Source: Macrostomum lignano (Eukaryota). Taken from it: 47,682 nucleotides of DNA. The DNA lies in NCBI GenBank assembly GCA_002269645.1, contig NIVC01002030.1, positions 1-47,682 of the forward strand. The letters run 5' to 3'. A model generated the notes under the pieces. It did not search any database. It saw only the letters and a list, made by a program, of their open reading frames with translations, and was not told where the DNA came from. Position numbers and translations under genes: made by a program. Below, piece after piece: positions 1-10,400 of the stretch (positions are counted from its first letter, which is position 1; each line of letters opens with the position of its first letter).

Positions 1-360
1 GTTTGTGAAATTTCCTGTTGATAGTGAAGACCCGTAAAGTTTGTTTAGTTGCTCTAAAAATTTTGGGGCCCAAAAGTATAGATAAATTAATTTGGGGGCT
101 TTGAAGAGTCGAAATACGTGCAGGAAAGAGAAGTCAGTGTAGCAGTGTGGCTATCGAAAAAGAATACAGATTGATTGATTGCTGATAGACTGCAACACTC
201 AGTCCATGAAGGCCTACACTACGATTTTTCTTTCAAAGTCTGCATGCATCCTGCACTAATAGAAGAAAATTTTGTAGGTTTCATATATACATATTTCATA
301 TTGAAGAGATACATATGATATATATTAATATAATGCATGAATTTTAGAAAATATATACCT

Positions 361-1291
361 TAGTACGTCCAAAAGTTCTTAGACACCCCTTCTCCTATCT
401 CTGCATCTGTTCAACAGATTTTTATACAAATTTACACAAATATGGGCCTATATGTAATGAATTCAATGCTAACGTTTCAGCTTAATCGGGTTGACAGAGC
501 AAAAGCAATCGATCATTTACTGAGGAACCTACGAAATTAGCAATACGATTTTTGAAGAGCATCGAATCTGGACTCCAGTGGTGACATTGCAGCGCATTTT
601 CTGAAAATCAATCAGCAAAATATCACTGCTTTCGCTGAGTATTGATAAATACCTTAATGATTTAATACTAATGCAAGCTGTGAAGGTTTAGCCATAGATT
701 AAAGAGCAAAAAAGAACGCAGAGTGCGCAGAGATTCAGATTCAGAGTCAGAAGAATCTCCGATACGATGTCTGCTTGCAACAAAGGGCGGCAATTTTCAG
801 CTCTGGGAGACGAGTTCAATCTGAGCAGATTCAGCACGCAGGATGAGTCCAAGAGGCCAGCGGTTCGCCAGCTTCCCCGAGCTGTAAGCGGCTGCTGAGG
901 AGCTGATCAGAGCGACACCTAGGGATATGTGATCGGCGTGGATTGAGGATGAGGAGTTGCCGATGCGATACGACAAGTGCATTCGACGGAATGAAGATTC
1001 TTCTGATGATTTTCACGATTGGTGATCTGTTTTTGAAGTTCTGGAACTTGTCAGTTAGTTTGAACTGTTTGCTCGTCAACTTTTATATTTTGTTGAGTTT
1101 AAAATAGTATTGCTAATTTCGTTGGTTCCTCGGTAAATGATCGATTGCTTTTGCTCTGTCAACCCCATTAAGCTGAAACTTTAGCACTGAATTCATTACA
1201 CATTGGTCCATGTTTGTGTTGATTTTTATAAAAATCGATTGAACAGATGCAGAGATAGGAAAGGTGTCTAAAGAACTTTTTGGACGCACTA
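361..1291. mobile_element. Internally deleted Tc1/mariner-type (MITE-like) element with ~190-bp terminal inverted repeats
   Basis: 361-552 is the imperfect reverse complement of 1101-1291 (tagtacgtccaaaagttcttagacacc vs ggtgtctaaagaactttttggacgcacta; gacagagcaaaagcaatcgatcattta vs taaatgatcgattgcttttgctctgtc). Outermost dinucleotides are TA at both ends. The spacer holds a decayed transposase tail. Confidence 0.7.
843..1010 (+). pseudogene. Decayed mariner-like transposase C-terminus
   Basis: Manual translation: RGQRFASFPEL*AAAEELIRATPRDM*SAWIEDEELPMRYDKCIRRNED, resembling the mariner tail pattern LxGxRF...LPxRWxKCIxxxGxY. Two in-frame stops. Confidence 0.5.
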
Positions 1292-1740
1292 CATTGCATG
1301 CAGGATACGCTCGTATTGGGCACAGGGCACTGCTGCACGTGGCCGGGACAGGACGCGACAGGACATACGGATCTTCGAGTGGATCATAGCCGTACACCCC
1401 ACGTTCATGCCCGATTCGTTGTGTGGCATATAAAGAGCTATATAGAAATAAATGCGAGAAATTCAATCTTTTCATGCATGCCAAATGCCAAATAGCACAC
1501 TTCAAAACCTGTCCATTCTAGTACGGCCTGACACTCATTCCTTCTGATATAATCCGCATATAAATGAGACTAGATTTTTAGCTGCATGCAGTTGCTATTC
1601 AAGATCAAAGAGTCGTCACAGACAAGATATGTATGTGATTGTCAGGCAGAATTTTGGGCACTTTTAATACCTGTCAGGTTAACACCTCCAATACCTGTCA
1701 GGATTGTCAGGAATGAATGACAGAAGTGAGTCAGTCATTG

Positions 1741-2050
1741 TCTGTCAGTACTGACGCCTCGCTTCTGACACTTCCACTGTCTGTCAGTACTGACGCCTCG
1801 CTTCTGACACTTCCACTGTCTGTCAGTACTGACGCCTCGCTTCTGACACTTCCACTGTCTGTCAGTACTGACGCCTCGCTTCTGACACTTCCACTGTCTG
1901 TCAGTACTGACGCCTCGCTTCTGACACTTCCACTGTCTGTCAGTACTGACGCCTCGCTTCTGACACTTCCACTGTCTGTCAGTACTGACGCCTCGCTTCT
2001 GACACTTCCACTGTCTGTCAGTACTGACGCCTCGCTTCTGATACACACTT
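1741..2050. repeat. 39-bp minisatellite, ~8 near-identical copies with degenerate flanks
   Basis: Unit tctgtcagtactgacgcctcgcttctgacacttccactg; contains the 12-bp palindrome GTCAGTACTGAC. Confidence 0.95.
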
Positions 2051-3099
2051 CCATTGTCTGTCAGTATGATGCCTTACTTCTGACAATTCCAATTTCTGTC
2101 AGGATTGAAAATTGACTCATCGCTTCTGACAGTTCCATTTTCTGTCAGGATGGACGCCTCTGACAATTTATATTGAGTACGAGCTATCAGGAATATAACG
2201 AATTATCTAATTACCTTATTTGATGCATTCTGTTTGATCCAGTGATGTATGATACATTACTTTTTCGAAAGCAATGACGCAAATAACAATTAACACTATC
2301 AACATTGTTAGCTAAGCCTAATTATAATGGATAAAAACATGCCACGATTGTCATCACACCTGCGGAAACGTATTACGGAGCGACTCCAATTCATTAAATA
2401 TTTAGTTAACTTTTAGGTACCGCAAAGTAACAAAATCCTCACTACTTGAAGTAGATGCTCGTACTTTTCAATGAATAGACGAAATCGCCATTCCCCAGCA
2501 ATAAATCAGTTCGTTAAGTATAGTTCAGGGTTTTTTATGCTCTTCAAAGCAAGGCGGCTTCATTAACAAAAAGAAATTGTTTAGCTCAATAATGAGAGCT
2601 CAATCTTGAATCCTTGAGCACACACTGCAAACTTTGCCAAGCCAGCACAGCCCCATGAGATTTCGCTAGTCAAAAAAATTGGCTAAGGGTCTCATGTGCC
2701 CCAATTCCCGGATATGGTTACTTTGCAAGCAATTGGATCGCTCTGTTTGAGCATCACAGGACTCTGATGCATTATCTATATTTTTTAAACTATTAATTTT
2801 TTGCTGTAGCAATTCTTCCTACACCATTAAATTGACGACGCCACGTTGCCACTGTCTTTTTAACCTATTTTCGCATATTCAACTCGCCTTATCAGTATCA
2901 CACACACGGGGGAGGCCTCCTTTTCCCTCGAATCTTCCTCCTGTCCCAACGCCTTTCCTTCGATTGCTTACTTTGCTTTAGGTTTAGGTTTAGACCCGTC
3001 GACTAAAGCGCAAATTCCGCAGTAGACAGACAGAGCGGAGAGGGGTAGAGAAGGAGTCCTGTCTCCCTTACCGAATTCCCCACTCCGCTCCGTCACCGG

Positions 3100-4300
3100 G
3101 AGGGGGGCAGGCGATTGGGGAGGGGGAGCGGGTGGCCTTCGCGCGCGCAGGCCACACGCGCAAGCTCGTTCCTAGCTGCGAGAGGCTCGTCGGTTTGCCT
3201 CGTTCAGTCTTTTTTCTATCCAGCCCGGTTTTACCCTTCCTACACAAGCCTTTTCTCTCTCGCTCCGCAGCTGTTTACTTTGGTTGGCTTGCCAAACCCA
3301 CCTCCCCAACACACTAAAGCCTTCACACGCAGCCCCCCTCCTTTACTTGGCTTCCTTCCTTTTTTCACATATCCATGCCAACCCGCCTGCGTTCCCTCCC
3401 CCCGCCCCGCCCTGCGCTCACTTCCCGGTCTGTCAGGGGAGCCTGCAAGAGGGCTGCAATGTGGGTGGCGTGGTGAGAGAGGGAGGGCTGACCGTGTGTT
3501 TGGATGAAGGCGGAGTGGGGTGGGGCGGAGCGGGCTAGGGGCCTTTGGAACGAAGAATATTTTGGAAAGCTCTTCTGTATTCACTAAATTCAAGCCCCGC
3601 AGCTTTTTGGCCAACGAGATTGGGGGTTGGTTGGCCCAGTCCTCCAAACTAATTGGCAAAAGCCCCCCTCACTCGCATAGCCACCCTCTCCTATCTGTCT
3701 ACCCTCTCCTGCGTCAACCACCCATTTCTCTCATTCGCTTGCTCCGGCAAAATCTCGCTAGCGTCCTACACCCACAATTTTTCTACCCTCCGCCCCGCCC
3801 CGACAGCGCCAGCCATCGCGTCAATAAACTTGTTTCAAGTCTAAGGGTCTAAATGTGCGTTCAGAGCCCGCCAGGCTCTCGCGCCACCCACCCCAACCGC
3901 CACGACGGCAGAGCAGCCAACCAAAATTCTCCACCGCCTTGAAGGACGAACCGGCCCCCCGCTTTGGCCCGTGGAGCGCCCGCTGAGACCCAATTGGGCT
4001 TGGGTTGAAGGAGAGCCGCAACGAAAATTTGTGGAAAAGGCAGTGGAAGGGGGGTTGACGGTGAAATAAAGGGTTGGACCACCACCCCCACTTTCTCACC
4101 CCTCCCCAAGCGGTACCACCCCTCCCCGGTTCTACCCTTCATATAGGCGTTCACTGGCCCTATTGATTTTATTCAGCCCGCCAGAGTCTCACCAAAGCAC
4201 ACCGCACACACCGGCCCAGTGTAGGCAGAGAGAGGCACGGCACGCCAAGCCCCCTTTTAGCATTAGGCCTGCTGCCTCGAAGATTTTAGTTAAGCCTCCT
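3100..4300 (+). promoter_or_regulatory. GC-rich region upstream of Pc with GC-box-like and CCAAT-like motifs (candidate promoter)
   Basis: Locally GC-rich. GGGGCGGAG near 3521, CCGCCCCGCCC near 3791, several ATTGG/CCAAT words; 0.1-1.3 kb upstream of the ATG. Could instead be a TE relic. Confidence 0.25.
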
Positions 4301-4437
4301 TTCCCCCATTTTTATTCTCCTTGATTTTAGTATTAGGTGATTCGTTTATTTTTATCTTAAAAGACGACCCTAAATAAATTTGTCCAAGTTCTATTTTCTC
4401 CGATTCGACTGCTGTAGAGAATATAACAATCAGCATC

Positions 4438-4488
4438 ATGAGCGACGTTTACAGCGCTGACAGACTGCTAGACAAGCGAGTTCGTTCA
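4438..4488 (+). CDS. Pc: Pc exon 1 (chromodomain N-terminus)
   Basis: ATG..MSDVYSADRLLDKRVRS followed by a GTAAGT donor at 4489, phase 0. Confidence 0.9.
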
Positions 4489-7400
4489 GTAAGTTTCATT
4501 ACGCTCGTATGACTGCGTATACTTTATTATTTTCTGCTTTAATTTGTTTTTGACACTGATTTTGTCTATCGGTTTTACGTTTCATTATTATATGAGGTTA
4601 AATGTGATCCAAAAAAGAAGAAAAATTGCAACAAGTTACGCAACACAGTACAGTACAGCATCGGCATTCGGTCGGCATCCAAACTCTACTCTAGTCTGCT
4701 TTTTAGAAAGGATCTGATCCTATTCCTAATGCGGGACTTTGTCACGTCCCATACATTTTACCGACCTGTCTGTTTCAAGCCTGCATCTGTTAGTGAAAGG
4801 GGGCCCCACGTAATGGAGACTGGAATAGGAACGATGAAGTATGTTGCAGAATGTTCTAGCAGGAGCAGCAAATAGCGGCCAGAAGAACAAAGAAATTCGT
4901 ATGGGGTCCTTGTTCTCCTAGACCCGAACTTGTTCCGCTTGGTGCTTAGTTATATAGGCCTATGTAACCCCCTGCGGCTTTCCATTTTGTTTATTCAGGC
5001 CCACCCTTATAGACAGAACTGTCCGTCCCTCCATGTTCTGGGACTTAGAGCCGCTAGTCCCCTTGTTCGCATGACTATCTATCTATCTCCATCATTCATC
5101 AATGTTCGAACCTCCGAGCTCCGATGTGCAGCGAAGTGATTGGAGCGTGGTAAATTCGGAATTCTCAGCAGTCCTTGTTTAAATCGATATCGATGCATCC
5201 AATCTCGTCATAATTATTTATTGTGTTCACGTATTTTTTAATATAGTGTCTGCATTATGGCATACACGCTGCACACTCGTTCACTTCAGGACCAGGTCTA
5301 AATCTCGTTCCTTTTTTGAGTTGTTGCCAGTCAGTTGCCACAAACGCACACGAATGAAAGGGAAAGGGGAAGACTGAAGGGGCGCGGGCAGGGGACGGAG
5401 GGGGATAGGGGACTAAGAGAGTAGAGTACATCTCTACCCTCCCGATCCCGAACGTGCATTGCATGCCTTCCCTTCCTCAACTTCGGTTCCGAAGCCTCCC
5501 CTCGGCCTCAGCTCACCCCCTGCTCAATGCAGCTCACAGACAGACGGGTGGGAGCAATGGGAGTTTGAGCTGTAGTAGGCTTGGGATTTCGAGTATACAT
5601 TTAGGAGAGAACTGCAGAGGGAATGAAGGAAGTCCCGTGCTGCGGGACAGCTGAAAGAGTAAGTCTGTATGGACCCTCCATTCGCCTATAATATCCTTCA
5701 GTTCCTAGAATTTCACTTTCTCGTATATTTTGTCAACGCATATATAGTATTCATTAGTATAGTATAGTGTATATAATATAGTATAGTTCTGTTAATTGTC
5801 TATTGAAAGGAATTTTTAAGTGCCAGGTGCCCGGTGCCCGGGACTGATTGTCACAGGGTGGGGGTGAATGGATGGGTCCGGTTCGTATATAGTCAGTCTG
5901 TTTAGAGTGTAGAAACTCCCTCCTCCATTTGTGTTGATGTGCGCGCATACCCCTGGTGTGTGGTGCGGTTACGTCATCGCCACCCAGCCGGAGCTTTTCA
6001 CGTTGGCTTGCACGCATTGAAATTCATTTTATTGTATTTAGTTCCGAACTTAGTTTCGAACTTCTGCCCTTGGGTCTCTCCTCTCCCCTCCTCTGTGAAC
6101 CACCGCAGACCCTATTTAGTGTATAGGAGCCGGAACTGTGTGTGTGGCATAGCCATAGGGATAGCTGCAGACAGATTGCATCATTCACCAGGCCGCGAAC
6201 ACCCACAGCTGGGCCCAGCCCCAGCCCCCTCTGCCCCAGTCCATATATTATATAATATCCCTTTCTAATTCCACCCCCTCTCCTCTCCGAATCAAGTTCG
6301 ACGCCTAACAGCTGGGCAAGTCCTGTCTATGGCCAATATATCTGTGTTTTTTTCATATGTATTAGATTGAATTGCTGCTCACAGTACACGATTCCCTAGC
6401 CTGGGTGATGACGCCTTAAAACAGCTTCTCGGCTGGCCAAAATTTCGCTTTGTTCCCCGCATGCCGTATCTCACTTTCACCTGTCGTGGTTCGACTGGTT
6501 CTGCCTGTTCTGTTTCATTTCTGTCTGTTTGCTTAGAAATAATACTTCAGTTTTCTCGTTCACGTTAAATCGCTTCACTTTTCCCTCTCTTTCTCCCCTC
6601 TCTTATCCCCCACTGGCTGACTTCTCCCATTGTTTCGTTCACCCAATTTCCGTTCCAACCGTTAGATTTTCAACACTCATTCTCCCCTGGATATTGTATA
6701 AGTAGGAAGGACTCTACCCAATAGGGTGGCTTAGCTTTATGGATTCTACAAGTGAAAAAATTAAATGAAATGAAAACTGACAAAGAAAGCGGTTTAAGGA
6801 AACGGAAATCGGGGGAAAAATTGGGACTAACCCTATTCTATTTTCTACAGTCTCGATGATGCATGCACAGTTTCCTATTTAAAAACAAATAGAATCATGC
6901 GATGTATAGTGCTGCTCTGTATAGTGGCTTCATGGAGGCAAAGCGTCACCACGAGGGGGGGTCAGCTGACTACCTCTCAAGATATTTCAAATCCAGCTAT
7001 AGATTCGTGAGTAGCGGCTAATATCCAATATCCCAAAGAAACATCCCGGAGGAGCCTCTGTCGCACGAATGAAGTACATTTATTTTAGATGCCATTAGAA
7101 TAAATAACTCCCGTATATATAATCATATACTCATGAGGGATTCGTGCCCACACAGAAGCAGTCGAGTTCTTCCTATATATTGCTATCTAATGAGACTTCG
7201 CCCCGTCCTCGTGGGAGCTGATAGAACAGCCTTACCTCATCAAGCCATTTGGCTCTCTCTGCTGTCTTCTCATTTACCTCTCAGCTGATGCTGTATAGGC
7301 GAGCCCCTCTTCTCCTCTTCGGAAATCTCCCTTGATCCTATCGATCCGCCTTCCGTGGATGCCTTCTATAATCTATAGTAGACTTATATAACTGACTGAC

Positions 7401-10400
7401 CAAGTTTGAGTCATCATTCATTATCAATTTAACTGGAACATCGATTCTTTCCTATTTTAGGCCATGGCTCCATTAATGCTTTTTAAATCTAGTTTATTTA
7501 CTGATTTATTAAAAATATAATTCCCATTATTAATCAATATCAATGTTTATATTATCTTTTTGCTCACGCAGGGTCGCACAGAGTACCTGGTAAAATGGAA
7601 AGGCTGGTCGGTCAAGTAAGTGAACAATGTTTATTATACCTGTTTAAATGCTGTTGCTATGCTAATAATAACCAAAATTAATATATTTGTTTGTTTTCAT
7701 TTTTTTCAACAGGGACAGCACCTGGGAACCGGAGAAAAACATTCTGGACAAACGACTGATTCAAGAGTTCAATAAGTAAGATTTTTTACAATAAATAGTT
7801 CAATATCACGTGTTTATTGCATGCTATGTATGAGTCTGGTGACGTCACTAGCTAGCTCGGGACACAGATTGAACGAATAATTGAATCCCATTTGGTGATT
7901 GTATAGTTAAACAGTTTCACTGTTTCTTTCGAATTTATAGTTGCTAAGGGAACTTGGTTGCCTATTTCGCCTCGAGATATATTTTCCTATTTTTAGTCCT
8001 CTATTATGCATAGCTAAAGATCGATTTCCACCCTATGCCCGTCTCCCAGACATCCATCCCCTCGTGGCCCCCGACTCCCCTAGATCGGCGGGGTCCAGGT
8101 TGAGAGCGAAACTCTAAACTAACAATGGGTGAGGCCGAGTGGCGGCCCTAAGTCTCGGGTTACCAACCAACCAAGCCAGCCAACCAAACCGTGCAAACCC
8201 GCATAACATATAAGAGAGGTGAGCTGAATGAGAATTGTGTCATGGCTAATGAGTGCTGTTCTCCGGCTACAGATGCTTTCTCCGGCTCCGGCTACAGATA
8301 CAGATGCTTTAAAAAGTCATTAAATTAGATGCAGGTAGGCAAATAGGTAAGGCTAAGTTATAGTACAGATTCCTTATCTAAGCAGTAAGCTCCAACTTCT
8401 CAGTGGGTGGTCGGCCAAATCATCCCTTATCCCTTCCCTGTACCCCAAGATCCTATAATTCCTATCCCGTGTCCCTTATCTTTCTTAGAATCCTCTCACC
8501 AAATCCACCTATTTTTTGGACAGCTCTCTGACTTTGCGCAAATATGGGGAGGGAGGCCTTTAGATCTTTTTTTATCTGCTGTACAACATCTTTTAAAGTC
8601 GTCAATTCTTTTGCCTCTTTGAATTTCCTGCAAACACTGAGACAGCTTGTAAAGCCTTGCTATGCCTTAGAATAGACTATTCTCTGAGGCTTGGGCGGCT
8701 GGTATTCCTCCATTTCATCTATTATTATTATATGTAGATTGCATAGAATTGGATAGGAATTGTGCTGCGTCCAATTTTTCTATGTATGGGCAGCCATTTT
8801 TCTTCTGCTTCTGCTTCTGCTTTTGCTTTTACGCTCAAAGAAAAAAGAAATGAATGCAGGAGGAGTTGGCAAAAAAGCAAGGCGAGGGAACGACTAAGCC
8901 TAAGTATCATGAATTCAATTAGCGAGTCAGTCTGGCTGTGGGAGAATAACAAGGATGGGGAAATTATTAGAGCTTTTGGTTCCTTTGCTTAGAGAGGAGC
9001 CGGTCCCTATCCCAGCTGAGCTTGCTAATGAAATGTGAGCGCTGACGGTTTTAGGGTTCGAGCTAGATACAGGATCTAGATAAGGAGCCCAGCCCGGTCC
9101 TGAGTTGGGACTCGGGTGGGGAGGATCTGGGATAAATTTGGATTCAGCTAGGAGGATCTGGGATAAATTGGGATTCAGATATGAGGGATCTGGGATAAAT
9201 TGGCAATTCATATATGAAGGATCTGGGATAAATTGGGATTCAGCTAGGAGGATCTGGGATAAATTGGGATTCAGATATGAAGGATCTGGGATAAATTGGG
9301 ATTCAGCTAGGAGGATGTTAGGATAAATGGGGATTCAGCTAGGAGGATGTTAGGATAAATGGGGATTCAGCTAGGAGGATGTTAGGATAAATGGGGATTC
9401 AGCTAGGAGGATGTTAGGATAAATGGGGATTCAGCTAGGAGGATGTTGGGATAAATTGGGATTCAGCTAGGAGGATGTTGGGATAAATTGGGATTCAGCT
9501 AGGAGGATGTTGGGATAAATTGGGATTCAGCTAGGAGGATTTGGGATAAATTGGGATTCAACTAGGAAATCTGGGACTCAGATCTGGATCAAGTGCTAAT
9601 TTGGGTAGGTACATTTGGGATGCAGTTTAGCTGGAAGATCTTCTGGAAGAAGTTAGTGCAGCATCATCTCCACTATTCCAGGAAGCTGCATCAGAAGCAG
9701 CAGGACTCCAGCAGTGCCAGCACTAGCGCCAGCAGTGCTAGCAGCAGCGCAGAAGACAGCAGCGCTGAAAGCAGCGGCAGCAGCGACAGCAGCAGCGACA
9801 GTGTCGATAGCCCCGAAGCTCCACCATCACCAGTACCTCCGCCTCCGCCGCCGACAGCAGCGACGAAGTCAAAGGCGGCCCTGCAGAAGCAGAAGAGCAC
9901 CAGATTGCCCTCCAAGCCCTCTCCAGTTGGCAGCGTTGGCAAGCGCCTGGCCAGCAAGCTGGGCATCCGGGGCAGGAGAGTCTTCCCCACCGGCTGGCCC
10001 CGCAAGCTGCACAAGCCATCAAACCTGGCCGCCCCGTCCGCCGCAAAATCTGGCAAGCTGCAAAAGCAGACAACAGCGGGTGAGGCGGAGAAGCAGCAAA
10101 AGCAATCAGTTGCGGCTTCTTCGTCGGCTGCTAAGACTAAGCCGGCAGCGGCAACTGCCACCAAAACAAAGAATCCGAGCCTTGTTGACCAGGAGCAGCA
10201 AACTGTTGCAGCAGCATCAGCCGCGTCTGCTGCTTCTACGTCGGGTAAAACGACAGAAACGTCAACTGCGCCTAGCAACGATCAGAACGTGAGTGCGAGT
10301 CTCTGGCTACATTAGTTAGTCAAAAAGTTTTCGTGTCTAAGACTGCTTACTCCGTGACGTAATAAATAAATTTAGTCAGGCACAAGGCGGCCTTTGTGAC

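Noticed and set aside
2654-2696. Hairpin catgaga..tagtcaa/ttggcta..tctcatg
   Set aside because: Too short and imperfect for a pre-miRNA or MITE call; could arise by chance.
2977-2993. TTTAGG repeats resembling telomeric sequence
   Set aside because: Fewer than three units; similar T/A/G-rich words occur in the LINE 5' UTR.
4489-7571. Short ORFs and possible TE in the 3-kb Pc intron 1
   Set aside because: No recognisable protein motifs, terminal repeats or TSD found by eye.
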